From a virus: 64,000 bases of DNA. The notes beneath the pieces were generated by a model. That model saw only the letters and a list, made by a program, of their open reading frames with translations. It was not told the origin of the DNA and made no database searches. Below, piece after piece: positions 39,615 to 47,760 of the stretch; the stretch's first letter is position 1; each line of letters opens with the position of its first letter. The position numbers were made by a program, and so were the translations under genes. The stretch covers positions 64,001 to 128,000 of IMG/VR virus record IMGVR_UViG_3300045988_102159; one strand, written 5' to 3'.

Positions 39615-39655
39615 AGGGCGGGGCGTGCCTGGCCAAAAACCGGACAAAAACCTAA

Positions 39656-39692
39656 AACAGACCCCCGGGCACGCTTGCCCGGGGCGTCTTTT
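39656..39692. terminator. GC-rich hairpin terminator
   Basis: GACCCCCGGGCA-cgct-TGCCCGGGGCGTC flanked by A-run and T-run, directly after the stop of 39694-40059. Confidence 0.65.
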
Positions 39693-39693
39693 A

Positions 39694-40059
39694 TTATTTC
39701 AGTAGCTTAGCGTCCGCGAGTCGGTCAAGCGCTTCCCCCACGTGCGCTGAATAATCGAAGCTCCATCCACCTATGAGCGCATCGGCGAACGTCTCCACGG
39801 TGTCACTGTCGAACGTCTCTAAGTCGTTGACAAGACGCGCGGCAATGGCTGCAACCGTGCTATCAGATACCGGCCTACGGCCCTCAAACGCCACAGACAG
39901 CGCGCTAACGGTTGCGCCGTCCCTAATAGCCGTGAGCGTCAAAACCTCACCGTGAGCGGCCGCACAGACGGCGAGAACGTGGCCCGCGTTGGTCGATGTG
40001 CGAGCGATGCAAACAGGACGATTAGAGCGGGCAAGCAGGCGGACGGTAGACTTTTTCAT
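39694..40059 (-). CDS. GC-rich hypothetical protein (121 aa)
   Basis: AGGAGC RBS and a terminator. GC content is far above the neighbourhood. Confidence 0.6.
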   Translation of the reverse strand: MKKSTVRLLARSNRPVCIARTSTNAGHVLAVCAAAHGEVLTLTAIRDGATVSALSVAFEGRRPVSDSTVAAIAARLVNDLETFDSDTVETFADALIGGWSFDYSAHVGEALDRLADAKLLK

Positions 40060-40153
40060 GTTTAGGCTCCTAACCTAGAATCGAGCGCGGGCGGTATTGC
40101 CCGCTATGGATAGTATAGGGCAAAACTTTATCTGATGCAATAGAAACTTTAGC

Positions 40154-40182
40154 TAGACAACGGGATGGTTTTGACCTATACT
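40154..40182 (+). promoter_or_regulatory. Rightward promoter
   Basis: TAGACA, 17 bp, TATACT. Confidence 0.5.
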
Positions 40183-40237
40183 ATACAGCGTAGCGGGGAT
40201 ATAGGGTCGCCCGCGCGTAGAAGGTCAGGAGGACTCA

Positions 40238-40543
40238 ATGCTTTTCATGGATTATGATAGCGTCAAGTTCAAGGATTACGTCAAGAGTTTTTGCATCATC
40301 CCGCGCGTTCGTAACGGCGCTGCCGAGTTTACACTACTTGTGCAGCTGGTGAACAACGAGCGCACAGAAGTTTACGACGACACTTACAAAGACCCGTGCG
40401 ACCTGCTGCATGACCTCCGCAACGGCTGGTATCTGGGCCGAGGGATGCAGGAGCCAGCATACTATGAGGCCGTCCGAGACCTCACGGCATACGTGGACGG
40501 ACTAGCAGATGCTGGATTAAACGTTGCTCGTATAGACAGATAA
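40238..40543 (+). CDS. Hypothetical protein (101 aa)
   Basis: AGGAGG RBS and a downstream terminator. Confidence 0.65.
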   Translation: MLFMDYDSVKFKDYVKSFCIIPRVRNGAAEFTLLVQLVNNERTEVYDDTYKDPCDLLHDLRNGWYLGRGMQEPAYYEAVRDLTAYVDGLADAGLNVARIDR

Positions 40544-40550
40544 TCAACGA

Positions 40551-40581
40551 GGACCGGGGTTAAAACCCGGTCCGTTTTTTT
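40551..40581 (+). terminator. Intrinsic terminator
   Basis: GGACCGGG/CCCGGTCC stem followed by 7 T. Confidence 0.75.
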
Positions 40582-40904
40582 AGGTAACGTAAAACCTAAA
40601 GGGTGGGGATGATTCCACTAACTCGAATTATGTTTTTTTTGGTGTAAAATTGCAATTCTCGACCTCAACCCAATAGCTTTGTGCTAGACCGAACAAACGT
40701 TCGGTTGTTGACGCATCAACATCGAACAGACGTTCGGGGTGTCGGTAATTCCGTGGTCGGGACTTTGCCTTGTCACGCTCACATATGGCAAAAATTTCAT
40801 GATTTTGGCCTATATTGCCAACAGCCCCTGAATCCTGATTGTCATATAAAGCAAACTATGATATGCTTTCAAGTAAAGAAAAGCCCAATAGAAGGGATAT
40901 AGAA

Positions 40905-41219
40905 ATGGGTGAAAACATTCAGATAGAACTTACTAACGGTGAGGTTCTAGAAATTGATGAGTTCGATTTAGACGCGTTGGCACTGCAAGCTAAGTATCGT
41001 ATGGCTTCTCGCCCGTGGTCACAGAACGGCTATGACCTTTATTGTACGTGCAAAGATACGTTCGTCGATTATTTTGAGGTTCGCGTAACGAATGAAACTA
41101 CAATCGAGGTCGAGAGTAAATGTTGGGGTGACGCAGTAGAGTATATAGCAAAAAATAGCTTAGATGCTAATCGAATGGCATTAGCTTTGATGCAACGTAT
41201 CGACATAATAATAGAGTAA
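40905..41219 (+). CDS. Hypothetical protein (104 aa)
   Basis: Track ORF 40839 trimmed to ATG 40905 with GAAGGGA RBS. A terminator hairpin follows at ~41225-41255. Confidence 0.6.
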   Translation: MGENIQIELTNGEVLEIDEFDLDALALQAKYRMASRPWSQNGYDLYCTCKDTFVDYFEVRVTNETTIEVESKCWGDAVEYIAKNSLDANRMALALMQRIDIIIE

Positions 41220-41340
41220 AGTAAAGGCGTTGCCGCAAGTGGTAGCGCCTTTATTATTGTCTATCTCATGCGGAACAATCCAAGAGACAAAAGAGTATCA
41301 ATACAAACATAAATAGTCGAAACTTTTTAGTTGCGCTCAT

Positions 41341-41369
41341 GCGGCCAAAGTGCTATACTTTCAGTAAGG
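41341..41369 (+). promoter_or_regulatory. Rightward extended -10 promoter
   Basis: TTGCGC, 17 bp, TGcTATACT. Confidence 0.55.
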
Positions 41370-41396
41370 AAACTAACCAAGAGAAAGGATACAACA

Positions 41397-41705
41397 ATGG
41401 GCTATGATACGTATGAGCTTTGGTTTAATTGTTGTAGCTGTCTACTTATTCAAGAAGAAGAATTGGAAACAATTGCAGAACAGGTAAAGGACTATACAAA
41501 CAAGCACCCATATGATAATACTATTTCTGATATTTATGACACTACCCAAAATATACTGCAAGAGTTTTTAGAAAAGCAGATGACCGAAGTAATGCTTTCA
41601 TCTGGAGATGAAAGTAAGATAGAATATAATGCTGCGATTAGCCGAGATGATGAAACATTTTTGATATTTAAAGTATTAGACAAGATAAATGTTACTATTG
41701 AATAG
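41397..41705 (+). CDS. Hypothetical protein (102 aa)
   Basis: Track ORF 41331 trimmed to ATG 41397 with GAAAGGA RBS. A terminator follows. Confidence 0.6.
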   Translation: MGYDTYELWFNCCSCLLIQEEELETIAEQVKDYTNKHPYDNTISDIYDTTQNILQEFLEKQMTEVMLSSGDESKIEYNAAISRDDETFLIFKVLDKINVTIE

Positions 41706-41813
41706 ATTAAAACAAGGCGTTACTAAATAGTAGCGCCTTTATTTTGTTTAGAATAATTAAAGCACTTGCCGCAAACACTATAGTTCTTTAGTCTCATGAT
41801 ATGCGGCCTATGT

Positions 41814-41827
41814 TTCACGTGAAACGT
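41814..41827. repeat. Perfect 14-bp palindrome GTTTCACGTGAAAC (copy 1 of 4)
   Basis: Read directly from the sequence. Confidence 0.9.
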
Positions 41828-41955
41828 TAATAGCATCCTGAAACCATAACCAAGTGCCGCATAGTCAAGCAACTGTTTTAGTTGCTTTTGGTCTGATGCA
41901 ACTGTTTTAGTTGCTCTTCTGGTTGACCATGCAAAAAGGGCGAAGCCCACAAAAA

Positions 41956-42003
41956 GGCCATTTATGGCCGCGAAATTATACACCATGCGTACAGCTTTGT
42001 CAA
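41956..42003 (-). promoter_or_regulatory. Leftward promoter-hairpin cassette a
   Basis: TTGACA (rc 41998-42003), 17 bp, TATAAT (rc 41975-41980), then hairpin GGCCA-TTTA-TGGCC (41956-41969) followed by T's on the minus strand. Confidence 0.6.
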
Positions 42004-42200
42004 GAGTTTTTGACGAGATTTTTCAAAACTTTTTTCTCCACACAGTGCCCACAATCCCGAAACTGGGCATACTTTTGCATTCCATCGCATGGGACAAAAG
42101 CAGGTCTATTTTAAATTGCCGTCTTTTTTGCTTTTGCGCTGAAAATGACTTTTAATCTGATTTTGAAATTGAATCTGAAAATGATTTCTGATTTGAAAAT

Positions 42201-42263
42201 TGATTTTGAATCTGATTTTCAATTTGATTTTGAATCTGATTTTCAATTTGATTTTGAATCTGA
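42201..42263. repeat. 24-bp tandem repeat TGATTTTGAATCTGATTTTCAATT x2.6 within a wider degenerate array (42150-42265)
   Basis: Read directly. It is responsible for the DFESDFQF repeats in the spurious ORF 42145-42354. Confidence 0.85.
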
Positions 42264-42267
42264 AAAT

Positions 42268-42281
42268 GTTTCACGTGAAAC
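42268..42281. repeat. GTTTCACGTGAAAC (copy 2)
   Basis: Read directly from the sequence. Confidence 0.9.
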
Positions 42282-42315
42282 GCAAGCGCGCCGTAGGCGA
42301 AACTTAATCACAAAA

Positions 42316-42363
42316 GCCCATTTATGGGCAGAAAATTGTACTACCGCGATTTAGTTTTGTCAA
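42316..42363 (-). promoter_or_regulatory. Leftward promoter-hairpin cassette b
   Basis: TTGACA (rc 42358-42363), 17 bp, TACAAT (rc 42335-42340), hairpin GCCCA-TTTA-TGGGC (42316-42329). Confidence 0.6.
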
Positions 42364-42406
42364 GAACTTTTTTCAAAAAATTTTTTGGCGCACTTGCCGC
42401 CCGAGT

Positions 42407-42432
42407 CCAAAAAAAGGCTCCCCGAGGGGAGC
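42407..42432 (-). terminator. Terminator of the leftward 63-aa gene
   Basis: GGCTCC-ccgagg-GGAGCC followed by a T-run on the minus strand. Confidence 0.6.
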
Positions 42433-42442
42433 CTAGCCGAAC

Positions 42443-42634
42443 TTATGAAAATTGCTCTATGTTCTGGTCGATTACATTACGGATGGTGGTTAGCGCTTCA
42501 AGTATTTCGTCCTTCTGCTTTTGGATTATCTCGCGCTCGCGGTCGCTTTTGGCGTTAGCGTAGTTCGCCTGAGCCGAGTAAAGCATCCCGAGAAGGTCGA
42601 GGGTAGGCAGGCTTGCGAGGTTTTTGTCGATCAT
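42443..42634 (-). CDS. Hypothetical helical protein (63 aa)
   Basis: Track ORF trimmed to ATG 42634 with AAGGAG RBS. It has its own leftward promoter (TTGCGC, 18 bp, TATACT near 42680-42715) and a terminator. Confidence 0.6.
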   Translation of the reverse strand: MIDKNLASLPTLDLLGMLYSAQANYANAKSDREREIIQKQKDEILEALTTIRNVIDQNIEQFS

Positions 42635-42759
42635 TTGAAACTCCTTTAGTTTGTTCTTCCCAACTGACAAGGTCAGTATACACCTGCTAGGGCATGGTGC
42701 GCAATAGTTATTTTGAAAAAAGTTTCCCCAAAAGCAAAAAAGTTTTTAGAAAAAAGTTC

Positions 42760-42788
42760 TTGCGCTCGGTATAATGTTCCCTTATACT
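42760..42788 (+). promoter_or_regulatory. Rightward promoter of the early-cassette type
   Basis: AAAAAGTTCTTGCGC, 17 bp, TATACT. Same upstream half as the leftward early promoters. Confidence 0.6.
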
Positions 42789-42827
42789 ATAGTTGTAACG
42801 CAAGGAGCTAACCCAAAGGAGTTGCCA

Positions 42828-43010
42828 ATGTTCAAGAACAGCACAATGGCAAAGTGGTATGATATTGTCGAGGTCATTGCATGGATTGTCTATGCCGCAA
42901 CATTCGTCTGGTTCCTGCTCACGGATGCGAACGCTGCTGTAAATGCTAACTTATTAGCGGCTGCGTGGGCGTTTCCCATGCAAATGTACCGCGCCTATTG
43001 GAATTTGTAG
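42828..43010 (+). CDS. Small membrane protein (60 aa)
   Basis: ATG 42828 with AAGGAG RBS and a hydrophobic core. Confidence 0.55.
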   Translation: MFKNSTMAKWYDIVEVIAWIVYAATFVWFLLTDANAAVNANLLAAAWAFPMQMYRAYWNL

Positions 43011-43087
43011 AAAATATGGCGGTTGCAATAACCGCCATAATCTGATAGAATAATAAGCGTAGCGAAGCAACAAGGAAAGGAAATACT

Positions 43088-43558
43088 ATGTGCAACATTG
43101 ACAAGACCATCAAGGAGCTGAACACGGCTCTGGTTCTGCTTGACGCTTTTGGTGATGGGCATGAGTTCACTATGCACCATTATGAGGAACTTGCCGCAAC
43201 CGCCAACGAGCTTTTTGGTGGTCGTTACAGCGATTCAAACGTTTGCTATAGTGTTAGTTGGGTTCGCAAGCATCTAAACTATTTCGGCATTCATAAGACT
43301 GGTTCGCGTGAGATTGAAGTTATTAGTTCTCACAAAGTTTACAAGAGTGTTTATAGTGACTTTTTTAAGGGTATATACGATGGGAACAAAATTGATACTA
43401 AAACCGTTGAGCAATTCATTTACCGCATGGATGCAGTAGAGGACTGCAAGAACTTTATCAAGCGTCGCAAGGATGAAATTCGTTGTGAAATGGATAGAAT
43501 AGAAGCGACCATCGAGCGCGACAAGCAGCGTCTTGAAACACTCAAGAAAATGCTTTAG
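43088..43558 (+). CDS. Hypothetical protein (156 aa)
   Basis: AAGGAAAGGA RBS and a terminator. Confidence 0.65.
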   Translation: MCNIDKTIKELNTALVLLDAFGDGHEFTMHHYEELAATANELFGGRYSDSNVCYSVSWVRKHLNYFGIHKTGSREIEVISSHKVYKSVYSDFFKGIYDGNKIDTKTVEQFIYRMDAVEDCKNFIKRRKDEIRCEMDRIEATIERDKQRLETLKKML

Positions 43559-43570
43559 CAGATAGCAAAA

Positions 43571-43600
43571 CCGTCCATCTGAAAAGGTGGGCGGTTTATT
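43571..43600 (+). terminator. Intrinsic terminator (plus-strand specific)
   Basis: CCGTCCATC/GGTGGGCGG. The two U.G pairs become C.A mismatches on the other strand. Confidence 0.65.
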
Positions 43601-43614
43601 GTTTCACGTGAAAC
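43601..43614. repeat. GTTTCACGTGAAAC (copy 3)
   Basis: Read directly from the sequence. Confidence 0.9.
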
Positions 43615-43636
43615 GTTAAAGCACGCACACTCAAAA

Positions 43637-43684
43637 GCCCATAGTTGGGCAGAAAATTATACACGAGTACAAAACGTTTGTCAA
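43637..43684 (-). promoter_or_regulatory. Leftward promoter-hairpin cassette c
   Basis: TTGACA (rc 43679-43684), 17 bp, TATAAT (rc 43656-43661), hairpin GCCCA-TAGT-TGGGC (43637-43650). Confidence 0.65.
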
Positions 43685-43750
43685 GCGTTAAATTGAAAAA
43701 ACTTGAGAAAAATAAAAATAATTTTATCCCAAAATAATTAGGTTTTTCGC

Positions 43751-43778
43751 TTGCGCTCACACGCAAAGCGTGTATAAT
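43751..43778 (+). promoter_or_regulatory. Rightward promoter
   Basis: TTGCGC, 16 bp, TATAAT. Confidence 0.5.
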
Positions 43779-43818
43779 AATAGCTGTAAGCAAGCAAGGA
43801 ACAGAAAGGACTTGCAAA

Positions 43819-43923
43819 ATGTTTGAAACCATGAACCCCAACAGCCCGTACTTCTCTGATTACATTGATGAGCTTGAAGCCTACTACCCGGACGAACCTA
43901 TGGAATTCGATTTTGAGGACTAG
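43819..43923 (+). CDS. Small acidic peptide (34 aa)
   Basis: Below the ORF-track cutoff. Has a GAAAGGA RBS, its own promoter and the terminator GCCCGCCC..GGGTGGGC. Encodes MFETMNPNSPYFSDYIDELEAYYPDEPMEFDFED. Confidence 0.45.
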   Translation: MFETMNPNSPYFSDYIDELEAYYPDEPMEFDFED

Positions 43924-44191
43924 GACAAGTAACCAACATAAAGCCCGCCCGAAAAGGGTGGGCTACCTTTTACAAGAAAGGCTAAAGTATGGGCGATTTT
44001 GAAAATTGCAATTCTTATGCGGAAGTGTGCGCTTGTATTCTAGGTAAGTTCGTAGGGCTTGCTGCCAAATACAGCATCTTTTGGTGGGTAGGTAAAATAA
44101 TCCTAGGACTATAAAAATTAGGCGGATTGGGTATCCTAATCCGCCTTTTTATGTTATACTTGGGTCGTAGACCAAGAGAAGGGATAGAATA

Positions 44192-44374
44192 ATGTATTAC
44201 CTCAAGCGTGACAACACCAAAGACTTTAGCATTGATAAATACAAATGCTACGATTCGAGCGCTCCACTTGCGGCGCATAAGGCAAGGGCACAAGAGATAG
44301 TCGAGTACGAACGCACAACGTGCGAGGTCGTAGACGATAGCGGCAACGTTGTATTTGTCGCATTAGCTCATTGA
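44192..44374 (+). CDS. Hypothetical protein (60 aa)
   Basis: GAAGGGA RBS and the terminator AAGGCGCT-ttat-AAGCGCCTT followed by T's. Confidence 0.6.
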   Translation: MYYLKRDNTKDFSIDKYKCYDSSAPLAAHKARAQEIVEYERTTCEVVDDSGNVVFVALAH

Positions 44375-44706
44375 TTCTAAGGCGCTTTATAAGCGCCTTT
44401 TTATTTGCCGCTTTGGTTGCACCAATGCGCGTAGGCATTTTATCAAATGGCACCTTGTAGGCGATTCGGTCACAACTTGACCGAGTTGTTTTTTTTATGT
44501 ATTCGCGTATTCACGCTCTCATGGTTTGACTTTTCGCTTGACTTATGTTACACTAAAGGATTAGACCAAAAGACTTATGGAGGAATTGTGTGCGGCAAAT
44601 TGATACTTGCCAAACTAGGACGCTTACCGCATAATAATAGTTGTCCAAAGGCGAGGGCGTAAGAGTAACAGGTAGTTACACGCCCGAACGGGGACAGGAG
44701 GTTACT

Positions 44707-44943
44707 ATGTTGTATCTGGTTTCGGTTAGCGGCGTTAGCGCGGGTGAATCGCTTGACGATTACGAGAACTTTATCGTTGAAGCTGATAGCGAGAAAAAAC
44801 TTGCCGCTGCTATCGTTGCTGACCGTTTGGATGGCATGGAGTCGAAAGAACTTGACGGTTCTGTTTGGCGCGTGCGTGAGTTGGGCGAAGAGTTCGACTA
44901 TAACGTTAATCTTGAGTACGTTTGCAAGGGCGAACGTCTTTAG
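44707..44943 (+). CDS. Hypothetical protein (78 aa), GC-rich paralogue of 45001-45252
   Basis: ATG 44707 with GGAGG RBS. Shares MLYLV...FIVEAD..K.LA.AI...W.VRELG..F...G.RL with the next gene. Confidence 0.6.
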   Translation: MLYLVSVSGVSAGESLDDYENFIVEADSEKKLAAAIVADRLDGMESKELDGSVWRVRELGEEFDYNVNLEYVCKGERL

Positions 44944-45000
44944 TTTTATTTAAAAGGCGGGCGAAACAAAGCCCGCCTACTTTAAAAATTGGAGTTTATT

Positions 45001-45252
45001 ATGTTGTATTTGGTTTGCCATGATACTATTGATACCGTCAACGAATTTATTTGTGATGATAATAATTATTTTATCGTTGAAGCTGATAACGATAAAGAGC
45101 TTGCAACCGCAATTGCTAACGTTGCGATTGAGTATGATTGGTGTAGTGATGCAACAGGAATCGATACTACTTGTTGGAACGTTCGAGAGCTAGGCGATAA
45201 CTTTGAGTTTCAAATTTTTTCGCCCAAGACGTTTGACGGCAAGCGTCTTTAG
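45001..45252 (+). CDS. Hypothetical protein (83 aa), AT-rich paralogue of 44707-44943
   Basis: ATG 45001 with TGGAG RBS; terminator. Confidence 0.6.
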   Translation: MLYLVCHDTIDTVNEFICDDNNYFIVEADNDKELATAIANVAIEYDWCSDATGIDTTCWNVRELGDNFEFQIFSPKTFDGKRL

Positions 45253-45305
45253 TTGAAAAGGGTAGGGCGTAAGCCCTACCCACTTTTGAAAGTGGATACA
45301 GATAG

Positions 45306-45548
45306 ATGAAAAAAATTGTTGCGTGGGAAAACGTGCAATACGTTGTTTTATTCCTTACAGTGGTTGGGCAGATTCTTATTGGCGTTAACTACTTTTTAGG
45401 CCAAGGTACGTGGTTACTTGCAAATGTTATCACTGTTACGCGAAACGTTAAATTAGACCGTCCAAGAGCTGATAAAGTGCAAGGTTGGTTTATGTTTGCA
45501 CTAACGTTTGGCCTTATTGCCGCAAACGCTTTTATTCAGTTGCACTAA
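45306..45548 (+). CDS. Small membrane protein (80 aa, 2-3 TM)
   Basis: ORF track; hydrophobic segments. Confidence 0.55.
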   Translation: MKKIVAWENVQYVVLFLTVVGQILIGVNYFLGQGTWLLANVITVTRNVKLDRPRADKVQGWFMFALTFGLIAANAFIQLH

Positions 45549-45616
45549 TCGCAAACATTTGATACAATAAAGGATGTGGAGCAAACGTTCCACGTCCTAC
45601 TATCACAAGGGAATAA

Positions 45617-46099
45617 ATGAAAGCAATTGTATTAGACCTTGATGGCGTGCTTGTTGATTTTTACAACGTCAACGGTTGGTTGTCTATGTTGCAAGCGGAA
45701 AACGCGGCGCCTTATTTAATCGCAAAACCGTTAGGCGATTACAAGAAACTAAACGGTTTACTTGCCGCGTTGCAAGGCTACGGTTACGCGGTCGAGGTCG
45801 TTAGTTGGTTGGCAAAGGGCGAAACGTCTAAGCAATTTGATAGCGCGGTACGTAAGAACAAACTCGCATGGTTGCGCAAATATTATCCTGCTATTAACTT
45901 GAAGAATGTTCACGTTGTCAAGCATGGTACAAACAAATGGCGCGTATCAAACTACAAGGGCGGCATTTTGTTTGACGATGAAAGCGGCAACGTACACGCA
46001 TGGCAACGTGATACGTCAAGCGGCAAGGCGGTACGTATCAAAGACGAAACTACTTTGCTAGACGCGCTAGAGTCTCTTATTATCCAAGAGCTAGAATAG
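45617..46099 (+). CDS. HAD-superfamily phosphatase, 5'(3')-deoxyribonucleotidase-like (160 aa)
   Basis: Motif I DLDGVL at residues 7-12 and a later ILFDDES motif. Size fits NT5C-like phage enzymes. Confidence 0.55.
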   Translation: MKAIVLDLDGVLVDFYNVNGWLSMLQAENAAPYLIAKPLGDYKKLNGLLAALQGYGYAVEVVSWLAKGETSKQFDSAVRKNKLAWLRKYYPAINLKNVHVVKHGTNKWRVSNYKGGILFDDESGNVHAWQRDTSSGKAVRIKDETTLLDALESLIIQELE

Positions 46100-46129
46100 A
46101 GTTAGGGGAGCGGCAACGCTTCCCTTTTT

Positions 46130-46143
46130 GTTTCACGTGAAAC
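46130..46143. repeat. GTTTCACGTGAAAC (copy 4)
   Basis: Read directly from the sequence. Confidence 0.9.
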
Positions 46144-46156
46144 ATTAAAACCGTTA

Positions 46157-46202
46157 CGCCATAGTTGGCGGCGATTTTACCACAACACGCAACCAAAAGC
46201 AA
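46157..46202 (-). promoter_or_regulatory. Leftward promoter-hairpin cassette d (degenerate)
   Basis: TTGCTT (rc 46197-46202), 17 bp, TAAAAT (rc 46174-46179), hairpin CGCCA-TAGT-TGGCG (46157-46170). Confidence 0.45.
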
Positions 46203-46417
46203 GAGAAAAATTAGAAAAAGTTTTTTATTTTCTCGCGTGCGGCACGTCATAAAAGTGCTATACTAACCTTAGTCGGGAGGACAACGGCACTTAAATAGCC
46301 CACTCATTATGACTTCGGTGTTGGCGCATTCTGCTCCGACCCCGGCGTTTGCTACGCAAACGGCGACACGTTCTCTACAGTTAGGTACCTTGAGTTAGCT
46401 ATAGTTAATTTTTATAC

Positions 46418-46446
46418 TTGACAAATTATGAATTTTATGTTATGAT
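46418..46446 (+). promoter_or_regulatory. Promoter of the free-standing HNH gene
   Basis: TTGACA, 17 bp, TATGAT. Confidence 0.6.
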
Positions 46447-46467
46447 TATTGACAAAGGAGGTAAATT

Positions 46468-46974
46468 ATGGTTTTATCAAAAGAATATCCAGACAACAAA
46501 AATTACATAATTTATTCAGATGGACGTATTTATTCTAAATGTAGTAGCATTTTTCTTAAACCTAAAATAGATAAAGCAGGTTACGCAAATGTTACGTTTT
46601 GCGACAAAGGAAAAAGACGATATTTTAAAGTGCATCAATTAGTGGCAAAAATGTTTATACCAAATCCAAACAATTATGACCAAGTTAATCATTTAGACGA
46701 AAACAAATTAAATAATGACGTTTCTAACCTTGAATGGTCAACGCCTTATTTAAATTCAAATTATGGTACTAGAAATAAGCGAATTGGCATTACTCTAGCT
46801 GTTCCTATTTTAATGCTAGACAAAGAAACAAAGCAACCACTTAAACGTTTCGGTGGCATTGCAGACGCTGAAAAATGGTTAGCTAAAAAAGACGGACGCA
46901 GTAACATAATTGCTGCTCTAAAAGGTCGTAGACCTTATGCTTACGGTTTTTGTTGGAAATATGTAGAGCAATAA
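46468..46974 (+). CDS. Free-standing HNH homing endonuclease (168 aa)
   Basis: AAGGAGG RBS. NUMOD4-like N-terminus, HQLVAKMF...VNHLDENKLNNDVSNLEW core and a C-terminal HTH-like tail. AT-rich insert with the same architecture as the intron-encoded enzyme. Confidence 0.75.
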   Translation: MVLSKEYPDNKNYIIYSDGRIYSKCSSIFLKPKIDKAGYANVTFCDKGKRRYFKVHQLVAKMFIPNPNNYDQVNHLDENKLNNDVSNLEWSTPYLNSNYGTRNKRIGITLAVPILMLDKETKQPLKRFGGIADAEKWLAKKDGRSNIIAALKGRRPYAYGFCWKYVEQ

Positions 46975-47046
46975 TCAGTTGACGCAACAACGCAAAACGC
47001 TATACTAGTTAGTGTAATCAGTTAAGCCTAAGCGAAAGGTTTTAAA

Positions 47047-47760
47047 ATGGCTAACTTCTGTGTTTTAGACTGTGAAACTTGTACAACTGTCAACCACAAA
47101 GACGGCAAGGCTCACCCCGAAACGTCTTTGGTGTATGACTTTGGTTACACCATCCGCGACAACGACAACAACGTTATTCGTGAGCGCTCATTTGTTGTAA
47201 CGGATACGTTTTATCAAGTTGACCTAATGAAAAGCGCTTACTATGCCGACAAAATCCCGACTTATTATGAGGGTATCAAGTCGGGCGAATGGGTTGAAGC
47301 GTCTTTCAATGAGGTTTGGCGCACGTTCAAAGCTGATTGTAAAGAGTGCAACGTCAAAAGCGCGTGGGCTTACAATTGTAGGTTTGACGAAATAGCGCTA
47401 AACAATACGTTGCGCACGTATTCAAACGGTTTCGCTACATGGTTCATGCCTTTCAAGCTACGACTGAAAGACATTTGGGACTACGCAAGTAACATTACTA
47501 GTTCCAAGCGCTATTTAAAGTATTGCGTAGCAACGGGAGCCTTTACACCTAGCGGAAACCCTTCAACTAGCGCTGAAAGTGTTTACCGTTTTATCAACAA
47601 TGAGCACGACTTTACAGAAGACCATACGGCACTTTCAGACGCGCGTATTGAAGCGGCTATTTTGCTTGCGGCAAAGGCAAAGCACAAAAAGACGCGCCAT
47701 AGTTCGCGTGGTCAAGGTTGGCGAGACGCAAGCACGGCATTTAAGGCGCTCGACCTTTAA
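47047..47760 (+). CDS. DEDDh (DnaQ-like) 3'-5' exonuclease (237 aa)
   Basis: ExoI VLDCET, ExoII AYNCRFDE, ExoIII HTALSDA. Confidence 0.6.
   Translation: MANFCVLDCETCTTVNHKDGKAHPETSLVYDFGYTIRDNDNNVIRERSFVVTDTFYQVDLMKSAYYADKIPTYYEGIKSGEWVEASFNEVWRTFKADCKECNVKSAWAYNCRFDEIALNNTLRTYSNGFATWFMPFKLRLKDIWDYASNITSSKRYLKYCVATGAFTPSGNPSTSAESVYRFINNEHDFTEDHTALSDARIEAAILLAAKAKHKKTRHSSRGQGWRDASTAFKALDL

Noticed and set aside
39436-39636. 66-aa minus-strand ORF (FFEIPKYRPKSFFQIPKY...)
   Set aside because: It is the translation of the 32-bp direct repeats. No RBS; the periodic peptide mirrors the DNA repeat.
42145-42354. 69-aa ORF with DFESDFQF repeats
   Set aside because: It is simply the translation of the 24-bp tandem DNA repeat. 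No RBS; the region behaves as non-coding.
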